In this document: one piece after another, positions 1 to 9,842 of the stretch
Layout of the letters: every line of letters begins with the position of its first letter
Numbering within the stretch: the first letter of the stretch is position 1
NCBI GenBank assembly: GCA_034660335.1
Contig: JAYEJC010000113.1
Coordinates: forward strand, 13,731-77,730
Direction of reading: 5' to 3'
Length of the DNA stretch: 64,000 bases
DNA from: Campylobacterota bacterium
GTDB taxonomy: Bacteria; Campylobacterota; Campylobacteria; Campylobacterales; Arcobacteraceae
The notes under the pieces: generated by a model
Database searches by the model: none
What the model saw: the letters and a program-made list of their open reading frames with translations, nothing else
Told to the model about the DNA's origin: nothing
Translations under genes and position numbers: made by a program

Positions 1-248
1 AAAGTTCAAAGTTTAGTGCCAAAGGTATTCAAAACAATGAAGTGGAACTTGCATTTAGATATTCGTCTATAAACTTAAATGATAAAGATGAACAAGGTGG
101 TACACAAAAGGATTATAATTTTGCTGTAAATTGGTATATCAACAAAAACCTAAAACTAATGGGAAATTATATCATGGCGTATCCTAGTAGTGAAGATTAT
201 GATGGAAACTTCAATGAACTTCAAGCAAGAGCTGTGATTAGCTTTTAA
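1..248 (+). CDS. C-terminal fragment of an outer-membrane porin (phosphate-selective porin O/P-like); gene continues off the left edge
   Basis: The frame of ORF 42..248 stays open back to nt 3. NFAVNWYINKNLKLMGNY and the terminal aromatic F are typical of a beta-barrel porin C-terminus. Confidence 0.5.
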   Translation, partial: SSKFSAKGIQNNEVELAFRYSSINLNDKDEQGGTQKDYNFAVNWYINKNLKLMGNYIMAYPSSEDYDGNFNELQARAVISF

Positions 249-257
249 GGTATATAT

Positions 258-812
258 TTATATTATATACCCCATAAGCCAACCTAAAACAAATCCTATA
301 ATGTGAGAATACCAAGCAATAGGCATACCTAAAAGTAGTGGTACAAAAGATATAAGTAGTATCCATATAATGATACCTTTTCTTTGATAGGTATCTTTTA
401 GGGCAAACCAACCTAAAAGTACAGATATAGCACCACTAGCTCCAACAACATTTGCCCAATCAGAAGTATAGTACATATAAGCCAAAGTACCAACAGATGT
501 AAGCAATCCACCTACAATATAAAGAAGCAAATACCTAAAAACACCTATAGCATCTTCTATCATATTACCAAACTGATACAAAACAAACATATTCATCAAA
601 ATATGTGCAATACCACCATGTACAAACATAGTAGAAAACAACTGATAATACAAATCATATTTAAAAAAATATATATTCAATCCAAGTTTTAATGTACCAT
701 ATTGAACTATATTTTGAATACCAAACATAATTAAGTTTATAAGTATAATTATATTTGTAGTTGTAATTATTTTTTTATTCATAACTTTTAACAATATTTT
801 TAGTGATATCAT
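258..812 (-). CDS. rhomboid family intramembrane serine protease
   Basis: Multi-TM protein with rhomboid motifs HxxxN (HILMNM) and GxSG (GASGAIS). The ATG at 782 (MNKKII) is an alternative start that would remove the 38-nt overlap with pepD. Confidence 0.8.
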   Translation of the reverse strand: MISLKILLKVMNKKIITTTNIIILINLIMFGIQNIVQYGTLKLGLNIYFFKYDLYYQLFSTMFVHGGIAHILMNMFVLYQFGNMIEDAIGVFRYLLLYIVGGLLTSVGTLAYMYYTSDWANVVGASGAISVLLGWFALKDTYQRKGIIIWILLISFVPLLLGMPIAWYSHIIGFVLGWLMGYII

Positions 813-2061
813 ATAATTTTAAAGCAGAACTAATATCACACTCCTCTCTAAATGAATGTGGAAAATATATATTTGGTCCTATTGAACATACTTGTATATC
901 TGGGTACTTATCTTTAAATATAGCACACTCTAGCCCTGCATGTATAGCATTTAGTGTTGCATTTGGTATCATCTCTTGATATATTTTAAGAACATCTCTA
1001 TTAAATTGACTAGAAGATGGCTTCCAAGCTGGATATTTACCATCTATTTCAACACAAAAGTTAAATACCTCTAGCAGTCTTATTGTTTCATCTTTAACTA
1101 TTTTTAATTCATCATTATCCATACTTCTAGCACTTAGTGATATTTTTATACCATTTATACTATTTTCTACAATAGCTAGATTTATAGAGCTTAACACGAC
1201 ACCTAACTCTTTGTCGTATCCCCTTACACCATTTGCAAAAGTATACAAAAAATCAACAATACCAGAATCTATTTTTTTATAATGTTCTGTCTCTTTTTCT
1301 ATTTTTTTAATACTCATATTTTTATGTGAAGATTTTGGAGTATTATTTGAAGCTATGATAGCTTTTGCATACTTTGGTATAGAGTTTATCCTCTCTCCAC
1401 CATTTAGATCCAATAAATCAGCATCTGATTCTTTTATAGTTTTCACTATTAGTTTTAAGGCATTTGGTATATTTTTGTCTATATCAACCCCACTATGTCC
1501 ACCATCCAAATCTTTTATCTCTATCTCATATAGCTCTTTATTTTGATCATTTGATATATATTTTGAACTATTATTAATACCAAATATATCTATACCACCA
1601 GCACAACCTATACATATCTCACCCTCTGCTTCACTATCAAGATTCAACATAAAAGAGGAATTAAGATTATGAGTAATATTATTTGCACCAATTAATCCTA
1701 TCTCCTCATCACAAGTAAATAGATATTCAGCATTAGCACCCTCTTCCATAAGTGCCAACATATAAGCACAACCTATACCATTATCAGCACCAAGTGTTGA
1801 GTTTTTTGCTTTTAGATAACCATCGATTTCAATAATCTCTGGAATTGTATTATCTTTTAAACATACTATATCATAGTGTGATTGTAAAGCTATATTTGCT
1901 TTTTTATCATCTTTAAAACAAAGTATATTGTTCGCATCATCTATTTTGCATATATATCCTGTTTTATAAGAAAACTCTTTTATATACTCAATAAATGGCT
2001 CATGTGTTCCACTACATCTAGGTACTTTTGTTATCTCTTTAAAAAGTTCTATTATTCTCAT
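775..2061 (-). CDS. pepD: aminoacyl-histidine dipeptidase (M20 family, PepD-like)
   Basis: M20 metal-ligand motifs are present: SHYDIV, GADNGIG and CDEEIGLIGA. The 428-aa length fits PepD. Confidence 0.8.
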   Translation of the reverse strand: MRIIELFKEITKVPRCSGTHEPFIEYIKEFSYKTGYICKIDDANNILCFKDDKKANIALQSHYDIVCLKDNTIPEIIEIDGYLKAKNSTLGADNGIGCAYMLALMEEGANAEYLFTCDEEIGLIGANNITHNLNSSFMLNLDSEAEGEICIGCAGGIDIFGINNSSKYISNDQNKELYEIEIKDLDGGHSGVDIDKNIPNALKLIVKTIKESDADLLDLNGGERINSIPKYAKAIIASNNTPKSSHKNMSIKKIEKETEHYKKIDSGIVDFLYTFANGVRGYDKELGVVLSSINLAIVENSINGIKISLSARSMDNDELKIVKDETIRLLEVFNFCVEIDGKYPAWKPSSSQFNRDVLKIYQEMIPNATLNAIHAGLECAIFKDKYPDIQVCSIGPNIYFPHSFREECDISSALKLYDITKNIVKSYE

Positions 2062-2077
2062 TTAATTTATCACTTCC

Positions 2078-2331
2078 ATAAGTAGTACCAAAAAATTAAA
2101 CATAAAGTTAGGAAAACTAGATGAGTGCTAGTGGTTTAAAAGCTCTGTGCAGATTTACTCCTGTAAATCAAATAGAGATTTTAAATCAATAGTGCTTATA
2201 TAGTTTTATAGTCACTTTATTGCTTACATATAATCTCTTGAACTACAGTAGTAGTCCTACGATATTCTATGTAACCACTAAAGCAACTCTAAAACTACCT
2301 AGCTTATGTTTTATTATTTGGTACTACTTAT
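2078..2331. mobile_element. 254-bp non-coding MITE-like element bounded by 34-bp terminal inverted repeats
   Basis: ATAAGTAGTACCAAAAAATTAAACATAAAGTTAGG (2078-2112) faces its reverse complement CCTAGCTTATGTTTTATTATTTGGTACTACTTAT (2298-2331). An internal 30-bp imperfect hairpin joins 2201-2230 and 2267-2297 (25 of 30 pairs). There is no ORF inside. Confidence 0.6.
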
Positions 2332-2505
2332 CACTTTATTTTTTTAAATTATAGTGTAAAATTTATTTTATCCTACTTTATATCAATTAATTTTATGACA
2401 GTATAAAATCCTAATTAGACTAGAATTAGAAATATTTTTATGCTATATAACCACTCCCTAACAAAAATTTGAATATAATATCCACTTTATAAAAGGTGTA
2501 AGTTA

Positions 2506-4452
2506 ATGAATCAAAATAAAAATGTAATAGAAGAACAAAGTATAAACGATATAAATTATGAACTATTAAAAAAGCAGTTTCCTCATGCAGTTAGTATTGA
2601 TGAAGATGGCAAATATAGTATAGACCCTCAAAAACTCCAGATGAGTTTAGACCCATCAAAAGCTGAGATAAAAGAAGATGGCTATGGGCTTAATTGGGTA
2701 GGTAAAAAAGAAGCTTACCATACTGCTTTTACAAAAAATTATAAAGTATTAAAGCCTTTAAAAGACGATTCTAAAAACTGGGATGAAACAGAAAATATTC
2801 TTATAAAAGGAGATAATCTTGATGCTTTAAAAATCTTACGACAAAATTACTTTGAATCTATCAAGATGATATATATCGACCCACCTTACAATACTAAAAA
2901 CGATGGATTTGTTTACAATGATGACTTTACATCTTCTACTGAAAAAACACTTGAAGAGCTTGGATATGACAAAGAGTATATAGATTATATAGAAAATATA
3001 CAAGGAGCAAAAACACATAGTGGTTGGCTTAGTTTTATATATCCTAGATTATTACTTGCTAGAGATTTATTAAAAGATGATGGTGTTATTTTTATATCAA
3101 TTGATGATAATGAAATGGCACAGTTAAAGTTGCTTTGCGATGAAGTTTTTAGTGAAGATAATTTTATTGGGCAATTAGCAAGAAGAGCAAAGTCTTCTGG
3201 AAAAACAACAGATAAGCTTGCAAATAATCATGATTATTTACTTATTTATGAAAAAAACAAGTCTATCTTTCATCAAAATAAACATGATTTTAAAGGTTAT
3301 AATTTCAAAGATGAATATTTTGAAGAGAGAGGATATTATAAATTAAATCAAACTTTGGACTATGATAGTTTATCATATAGTAAATCTTTAGATTATCCAA
3401 TAGAGGTAGATGGAGATACTTTATATCCAGGTGGCAATAAAAATATATGGGAAGAAAGACAAAAGGGAAATCATAATCGTGCTGATTGGGCTTGGAGATG
3501 GAATAAAAAGTTATTTGATTTTGGTTATGCGAATGGATTTGTCGTTATTAAAAATGGGAAAGATAGAAAAAGAATTTATACTAAAACTTATGAAAAAGTA
3601 AGAATAAACAATAAAACACTTAAAATAGAAACATTTGATAGGGGTAAATCTTTAACAACAATTGAATTTGTAAATAAAGAGTATTCTAATGATAATGCAA
3701 CAAAAGAAATTAAAAATATATTTGGTAAATCATATTTTGATTATGCGAAGCCTACAAAATTGATTAAAAAGCTTATTGAGATAAATACTTGTAAAGATGC
3801 AATTATTATGGATTTTTTTGCAGGAAGTGGAACTACAGCTCATTCAATCATGGAATTAAATGCCCAAGATAATGGAAGAAGACAATTTATAACTGTACAA
3901 ATTCCTGAATCATTAGATAATAAAACGGATGCTTTTAGAGATGGATATGAAACTATTTTTGATATTACAAAGGCAAGGATTGATAAAGCTGGAAAAAAAC
4001 TAGAAGCTGAACACAATTCAAAATTAAACATTGAAAATTCAACATTAGATATAGGCTTTAGAACTTTTGAAATAGTAGAAGATCAAAAACAAAAAATCTA
4101 TCAAAAATCACTTGAAGAAGTAAGTCAAGATGATTTAGTGAGCTACATGGAAAAGCCTGATATTCAAACTTGTGAAGATATACTTTACAATCTTTTTGTA
4201 GCTGAGGCATTGCCACTTAGTACAAAACATGAAGAGCTTATAAAAGATAAGCTATACCTAGCTTCAAATGTAGCCTTTATACTGGGAGATATAACATCTG
4301 ATGAACTAGTAGATGCTTTAAAAGATAAAAAAGAGTGTGAATATATCACGGTTTATAGCCCAAATATTAGTGATGATAAGTTTACACTAGAGATTGAGAG
4401 TAATATATCAAAACTTGGTATCAAGCCTGATAAATTAAGATTTAGAGGATAA
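2506..4452 (+). CDS. mod: Type III restriction-modification system methyltransferase (Mod), N6-adenine beta-class
   Basis: Catalytic motif IV DPPYN (IYIDPPYN) precedes the AdoMet motif FFAGSGTT, which is the beta-class order. A variable middle region is likely the target-recognition domain. A 3-nt gap separates it from res. Confidence 0.9.
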   Translation: MNQNKNVIEEQSINDINYELLKKQFPHAVSIDEDGKYSIDPQKLQMSLDPSKAEIKEDGYGLNWVGKKEAYHTAFTKNYKVLKPLKDDSKNWDETENILIKGDNLDALKILRQNYFESIKMIYIDPPYNTKNDGFVYNDDFTSSTEKTLEELGYDKEYIDYIENIQGAKTHSGWLSFIYPRLLLARDLLKDDGVIFISIDDNEMAQLKLLCDEVFSEDNFIGQLARRAKSSGKTTDKLANNHDYLLIYEKNKSIFHQNKHDFKGYNFKDEYFEERGYYKLNQTLDYDSLSYSKSLDYPIEVDGDTLYPGGNKNIWEERQKGNHNRADWAWRWNKKLFDFGYANGFVVIKNGKDRKRIYTKTYEKVRINNKTLKIETFDRGKSLTTIEFVNKEYSNDNATKEIKNIFGKSYFDYAKPTKLIKKLIEINTCKDAIIMDFFAGSGTTAHSIMELNAQDNGRRQFITVQIPESLDNKTDAFRDGYETIFDITKARIDKAGKKLEAEHNSKLNIENSTLDIGFRTFEIVEDQKQKIYQKSLEEVSQDDLVSYMEKPDIQTCEDILYNLFVAEALPLSTKHEELIKDKLYLASNVAFILGDITSDELVDALKDKKECEYITVYSPNISDDKFTLEIESNISKLGIKPDKLRFRG

Positions 4453-4455
4453 TCT

Positions 4456-7398
4456 ATGGCTTTAAAAATAAAGTTTGATAGACTTGATTATCAAGAACAA
4501 GCAGTAAATAGTATAAGTGATCTGTTTAAAAATATATCATTTACACCAAATAACAATAGAAAAAGTAATCCATCTTTTGACTTACAACAATCTAAAAGTA
4601 TATTGGTAAATAATATCACAAATGTACGAGAATCAAACAAAGTGGATATTGGAGATATATCTATAAAAGATGAACTTGTAGTAGATACTCTTATGGAAAC
4701 AGGTACGGGTAAGACATTTACTTTTTTAGAATCAATTTATAAACTCAACCGAGATTATGGACTGTCAAAGTTCATAATCTTGGTACCATCAAACCCTATA
4801 CGACAAGGTACAATTAAAAATATCAAAATCACAAAAGAGTTTTTTGTAAAAGAGTATGGAAAACAAATATCAGTATTTAACTACAGTGAAAAAACAGTTT
4901 TAAACTATATTAATGCCAGTGATCAAAATATCTCAGTACTTGTATCGACTTATCAGTCATTTAACAAAGCATCTAACAATATAAATAAAAGTAAGATAGA
5001 ACAAAGCCTAATAGGGCGTGCAAAAAGCTATATGCAAGCTATCGCACAACTAAAACCTGTAATCATTATTGATGAACCACATAGATTTGAGGGTAAACAA
5101 ACTGCAAAATATCTAAAATCATTTAATGCTCTTTTTACACTACGATTTGGTGCTACATTTAAAGGTGATGAATACAAAAACCTTATCTATACACTTGATA
5201 GTGTAGATGCATTTAGTCAAGGACTTGTAAAGGCTATAACAGTTGATACAGTTGGAAATGAAAATGTTGATAATCATACTATTAGCTTTACAAAAGTAAC
5301 AGGAAAAACTCAAAAAGACTATATATCTACAATTGAATACAAAGACATAAATTCAAAGAATAAAAAAGTAGAACTTAAAAAAGGTGAAAACTTAGGTGAA
5401 AAGGTAGATATAGAATATCTTAATAGTTATGTAGTTGATAAGATTACTAAAAGTGAAATTGTATTTACAAATAGTATCTCTCTACCTTTAGGAGTTGGTG
5501 AAAGTTATGGTGTCTTACTTGACGAGATGCAAAAGGTTATCGTAGATACGGCTATAAAAAACCACTTTGAAAGAGAAGAGGAGCTTTTTAAACTTGATAT
5601 AAAAGCACTTTGTTTATTTTTTATAGATAGAGTTGATAAGTATCTTACAGATGATGGTACAAATGGTAAACTTGCAATTCTATTTGAAACATTATATTTA
5701 AAGAATCTAAATGATGTTTTAAAAAGAGATAATCTCGATGAGGATTACAAGAAGTACCTTTTAAAAACAAAAGATAGTATCAAAAAGATACATAGTGGAT
5801 ATTTTGCTAAGTCAAAAAAAGAGGGAGATGAAGCAGAAGCTATTGAACTTATTTTGAATAAGAAAGAGGAACTATTATCTTTTGATAGTGACCTTAGATT
5901 TATATTTTCACAATGGGCGTTACAAGAGGGATGGGATAATCCAAATGTAATGACACTTTGTAAATTAGCACCGAGTAATTCAAAAATATCAAAACTACAA
6001 CAAATAGGTAGAGGACTTAGACTTGCAGTTGCTCAAGATGGTAAAAGAATAACAAAAGATGATAGTAACTTTGACTTTATCAATGAACTATTTGTAGTAG
6101 TACCATCAACAGAAGAGAACTTTGTAGCATCTATTCAAAGTGAGATAAGTGAGCATAGTGTTAGACAAGTATCTAAGCTATTCAACGAAGATATAATGGT
6201 GGCAAATCATATAGCTACAACTTCAAGATCAGCAGTAAAACTACTTGATAAACTTGAAGATATGGAGTTTATAACCATAGATGATGAAGATATGAGTGAA
6301 ATAACTATATCTAAAGAGCAATATAGCTCAAGATCTAAAGAGTTGGAATCTTTAGATGTAAAAGGTTGTGATAGTAGTAAATTAAAAGAGTACTTTGATA
6401 GCTTCTTTAAAGCTCACAATAGAATCAAAGCAAAAGATAGAACTGCTAAAAAAGAAAAAGGGAAAATCAAAATCCACCAAGAAAATTTTAAAAAGTTTAA
6501 AACACTATGGGACAACTTAAACTATGATGCAGTTGTAAAATATGATATCAATAGTAATACTTTGGTAGAAACAGCAAAAAAGAAAATAGATGAAAACTTT
6601 ACAATAAGTGGTCAAGATATTATTGTAAAAAGAGATAAAAATGTAGAAAATCAAGATAAATATGATAGTGAAAAAGATACAATATTTATAGAAACTCACT
6701 CTATATTTACACTTTATGAGTTTATAAAAGCATTATCCAATAATACAAAACTTAGTATGCAAACGATAGCCAAAGTACTACATGGAATCAAAAAAGACAC
6801 ATTTGAATTAATACCTCAAAATGAGAACTTAGCACTTAAAAAAATTGAAGAACAACTTGTAAGTGCAATCTATGATACGATTATAAATAAAATATCTTAT
6901 GATTTAAAAGAGATAAAAACTTGTAACACTTCACTAACTGATAAAAACGGTAATATGAAAGAGTTTATTCCAGAGGGTAGCTTAGGTGTTGAAACATATA
7001 AAATTAAGTCTAAAAATATAAGAGAGTTATCAATCTACGATGAAGATTTTATGGAGGTTGATAGTAACATTGAAAAAACTACAATTGATGAGTCTAGTGA
7101 TAAAAAAATTACAGTATTTGGAAAACTACCAAAAGTGAATATCCCTACAGCTCATGGAAGAAACTATAATCCAGACTTTGGATATGTGATAGAGTCTAAA
7201 GATGATAAAGAATTATATTTTGTAGTTGAAACTAAAGGTTATGATACTTTTGAAGAGATTGGAGCAAAAGAGAAGTTGCAAACAGAAAGTGCAAAGGCAT
7301 TTTTTAAAAAACTACAAGAAAAAGGTGTAAATGTACACTATAAAACTAAGCTAAATAGTCCTGATTTATCAGTATTAATAAGTGATATTTTGAAGTAA
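4456..7398 (+). CDS. res: Type III restriction enzyme Res subunit (SF2 helicase plus C-terminal PD-(D/E)XK nuclease)
   Basis: Walker A-like METGTGKT, DEPH box (IIIDEPHRF) and QQIGRGLR motif VI are present. The C-terminal nuclease motif is NPDFGYV...FVVETKG. Confidence 0.9.
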   Translation: MALKIKFDRLDYQEQAVNSISDLFKNISFTPNNNRKSNPSFDLQQSKSILVNNITNVRESNKVDIGDISIKDELVVDTLMETGTGKTFTFLESIYKLNRDYGLSKFIILVPSNPIRQGTIKNIKITKEFFVKEYGKQISVFNYSEKTVLNYINASDQNISVLVSTYQSFNKASNNINKSKIEQSLIGRAKSYMQAIAQLKPVIIIDEPHRFEGKQTAKYLKSFNALFTLRFGATFKGDEYKNLIYTLDSVDAFSQGLVKAITVDTVGNENVDNHTISFTKVTGKTQKDYISTIEYKDINSKNKKVELKKGENLGEKVDIEYLNSYVVDKITKSEIVFTNSISLPLGVGESYGVLLDEMQKVIVDTAIKNHFEREEELFKLDIKALCLFFIDRVDKYLTDDGTNGKLAILFETLYLKNLNDVLKRDNLDEDYKKYLLKTKDSIKKIHSGYFAKSKKEGDEAEAIELILNKKEELLSFDSDLRFIFSQWALQEGWDNPNVMTLCKLAPSNSKISKLQQIGRGLRLAVAQDGKRITKDDSNFDFINELFVVVPSTEENFVASIQSEISEHSVRQVSKLFNEDIMVANHIATTSRSAVKLLDKLEDMEFITIDDEDMSEITISKEQYSSRSKELESLDVKGCDSSKLKEYFDSFFKAHNRIKAKDRTAKKEKGKIKIHQENFKKFKTLWDNLNYDAVVKYDINSNTLVETAKKKIDENFTISGQDIIVKRDKNVENQDKYDSEKDTIFIETHSIFTLYEFIKALSNNTKLSMQTIAKVLHGIKKDTFELIPQNENLALKKIEEQLVSAIYDTIINKISYDLKEIKTCNTSLTDKNGNMKEFIPEGSLGVETYKIKSKNIRELSIYDEDFMEVDSNIEKTTIDESSDKKITVFGKLPKVNIPTAHGRNYNPDFGYVIESKDDKELYFVVETKGYDTFEEIGAKEKLQTESAKAFFKKLQEKGVNVHYKTKLNSPDLSVLISDILK

Positions 7399-7400
7399 AC

Positions 7401-7438
7401 TATATAAAAAAAGTTAAGTAGTTTACAGACTACTTAAC
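7401..7438 (-). terminator. rho-independent terminator of trpE; also closes the convergent res gene
   Basis: A 10-bp stem GTTAAGTAGT/ACTACTTAAC (7413-7422 / 7429-7438) is followed on the minus strand by T7 (7404-7410). The stem overlaps the trpE stop codon. Confidence 0.6.
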
Positions 7439-8841
7439 TCTTTGAGTGTGCTGATATTTGCAGCTAGTTTATTGTTTACTTCCAAAAACTCTAGTTCAGG
7501 TATAGAATCTGCAACCACACCAGCACCAGCTTGGAAGATAACTGTATCATCTTTGATAAGGGTAGTTCGTATAGTAATAGCACTATCCATATTCCCATCA
7601 AAACCAAAGTAAGCGATACTTCCACTATAAAAACTTCTTTTTAGTTTTTCAAACTGTGCTATTAGTTCCATAGCTCGTATTTTAGGAGCACCTGTCATGG
7701 TACCTGCTGTAAATGTAGCAGCAAAAAGATCAAACATATCATACTTCTCATCCAATGTAGCCTCAACATCAGAAACAAGATGCATAACATGTGAATATTT
7801 TTCGACTCTCATCTTATCTGTTACTTCTACTGTACCAGTTGCAGCAACTCTACCTACATCATTTCTACCAAGGTCAATAAGCATAACATGCTCAGCGACC
7901 TCTTTTGGGTCATTTCTAAGCTCTTGCTCCATCTCTTTGTCTTTGGCTATTGTACGCCCTCTTTTTCTTGTACCCGCAATTGGTCTTAAAAGTATTCTAT
8001 CATCTGTAAGTCTTACCATCACCTCAGGACTACTTCCAGCAATACAAAAATCTTCATATTCAAGTAAAAAAAGATAAGGACTAGGATTTTTAGATCGAAG
8101 CATTCTATAGAAACTCAAGTTATCAAGTTTTGCTTTTTGGGTATATCTATTTGTCATCAATATTTGAAAAACATCACCACTTCTTATCATCTCTTTTGAT
8201 TTTGCAATCATCTCAAAAAAATCATCTTTTGTATGCTCAAATTTACCATCTTCTAGAAGTGTAGCTTTTTGAAGTGGTGTATAGCTAAATGGCTCTTGCA
8301 GTTTTGTCTCTATTTGTGGTATATACTCTTTCATACTTTTCATAGATGTAGTTATGATAAGCTTTGAGCTTTTGTGTGAATAAACAAGTACCATCTTTGG
8401 TCTTATCAAATCACAATCAGCTATATTGATATCGTCTCTTAGATCAGACATAGTATCTTCTAGTCTTGTCTCAAATGTAGCTACCATATCGTAGCCCATA
8501 TTTCCTATAAAACCATCAATAAGCCCTATACCTAACTCATCGCCTTTTTTTTTGTATATATCTTTATCTATATTGTTATAATACTCTTTTAAAAAAATAA
8601 AAGGATTTTTATCTATTTTTATTGTTGTGCCATCTTCATCTTTATAAAAACTCTCTTTGTTTTTATGCCAAACACGCTCTCTTGCACCTATTATTATATA
8701 ACTAAAATTTCCATCACTACTATTTACTACTGACTCAAAAAGAAATCTAACCTCATTTGGAAAGATATCTTTTATTTTTTCATATATAGATACAGGCGTA
8801 AACTGATCTAAAAACATAGTTTTATTATAAAATTCTATCAT
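7423..8841 (-). CDS. trpE: anthranilate synthase component I
   Basis: Chorismate-binding enzyme signatures LLRPIAGTRKRG, GAPKIRAMELI and GAGVVADS are present. Length is 472 aa. Confidence 0.9.
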   Translation of the reverse strand: MIEFYNKTMFLDQFTPVSIYEKIKDIFPNEVRFLFESVVNSSDGNFSYIIIGARERVWHKNKESFYKDEDGTTIKIDKNPFIFLKEYYNNIDKDIYKKKGDELGIGLIDGFIGNMGYDMVATFETRLEDTMSDLRDDINIADCDLIRPKMVLVYSHKSSKLIITTSMKSMKEYIPQIETKLQEPFSYTPLQKATLLEDGKFEHTKDDFFEMIAKSKEMIRSGDVFQILMTNRYTQKAKLDNLSFYRMLRSKNPSPYLFLLEYEDFCIAGSSPEVMVRLTDDRILLRPIAGTRKRGRTIAKDKEMEQELRNDPKEVAEHVMLIDLGRNDVGRVAATGTVEVTDKMRVEKYSHVMHLVSDVEATLDEKYDMFDLFAATFTAGTMTGAPKIRAMELIAQFEKLKRSFYSGSIAYFGFDGNMDSAITIRTTLIKDDTVIFQAGAGVVADSIPELEFLEVNNKLAANISTLKELSSL

Positions 8842-8851
8842 TTAAATACCT

Positions 8852-9811
8852 TTATATTTTTAATATATAAGCTTTTTTATTATTAAAAGTTTTTTTAATT
8901 TTATTAATATATCTTAATGCAGTTTTTTTAGTAGGGTAAGGTCCTATTAATACTTTGTTGTAAATAGTCCCTTTTACTTTTATAGAATATATAGTATAGT
9001 CATATCCATGTCTAGATATATTCAACAAAAATTTATCTGTTGGTTTTTTTGAGAATGCACCTATTTGTACAAAGTAGCCCTCTATTTTTCCATTATTTTT
9101 TTTAGTAAAATTAGTCTCTTTTGGTGGATTTATATTTGATATTTTTCGTCTAGGTGAATCTTGTTTTGGCACTACTTTTTTAACAACTGGTTTAGGTTTT
9201 ACAACTGGTTTGACTTTATCTTCACCTAATCCAAAAAGGTCTTTTGGAGCAGCAGCCTCTTTTTTTGGTTGTTCGATTACTACTGGAGGTTTCTCTTTTA
9301 TTGGTTCTGGTAGTATTATCTCTTGTTTTTCTGTAGTTTCTATATCTAAATCATCGCTTGTTGTTAAGTCTTGCTTGATTATAGGTTTTACTGTATCTTG
9401 AGTATCCATTTTATTTAAGATTTCATCTTTGTTTATTGTTAATGGTTTTTTGACTTCCTCTTTTATCTGATCTTCTACAGTACTATTTGAACTGATTCTA
9501 ATAACTACAATAATAACAATAAAAAGTATAATCATTGTCAATATCAATATAATATATTTTTTCTTATTTTTGTTGTTGTTATCAGGCTCAAGCATAATAT
9601 CTTGTAGCTGATTTATAGCTGTTTCATCACTATCATCTTTTCCATAAGATATATCAACATAAGCGGAGTCATCTTTATTAATGTTATAAGAGTTTTCTTT
9701 TTTTACAGCATCTCTTTTTTTTTGTTCAAGTTTTTTTTGCTCCTCCATAAGTTGGGCTTTATCTTGCTCTAAACTAACATTTCTCAAAAACTCTTTTCCA
9801 TCAACTTCCAT
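8852..9811 (-). CDS. SPOR domain-containing membrane protein
   Basis: It has a Lys/Glu-rich N-terminus, one TM segment (YIILILTMIILFIVIIVVI) and a Pro/Lys-rich linker. The C-terminal SPOR-like fold reads GYFVQIGAFSKK...YNKVLIGPY. Confidence 0.7.
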   Translation of the reverse strand: MEVDGKEFLRNVSLEQDKAQLMEEQKKLEQKKRDAVKKENSYNINKDDSAYVDISYGKDDSDETAINQLQDIMLEPDNNNKNKKKYIILILTMIILFIVIIVVIRISSNSTVEDQIKEEVKKPLTINKDEILNKMDTQDTVKPIIKQDLTTSDDLDIETTEKQEIILPEPIKEKPPVVIEQPKKEAAAPKDLFGLGEDKVKPVVKPKPVVKKVVPKQDSPRRKISNINPPKETNFTKKNNGKIEGYFVQIGAFSKKPTDKFLLNISRHGYDYTIYSIKVKGTIYNKVLIGPYPTKKTALRYINKIKKTFNNKKAYILKI

Positions 9812-9842
9812 GACCCTATCCTTGTTTTTAATTTAATTTATA

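Noticed and set aside
7697-8077. Long antisense shadow ORFs inside confident genes. Others are 17142-17600, 17909-18394, 22630-22908, 24994-25392, 35118-35600, 37331-37603, 44380-44859, 45543-45851, 47783-48154, 54155-54487 and 63032-63445.
   Set aside because: Each is embedded opposite a gene with strong family motifs. They have Ser/Phe/Leu/Ile-rich low-complexity composition typical of reverse-frame translation of AT-rich coding DNA, and they lack RBS or context support.
8545-8553. A9/T9 homopolymer tracts inside trpE (8545-8553) and the SPOR gene (9715-9723) as phase-variation switches
   Set aside because: They encode Lys runs in an extremely AT-rich genome where such tracts are common. 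trpE is a housekeeping gene that is unlikely to be phase-variable, and there is no evidence of frame disruption.
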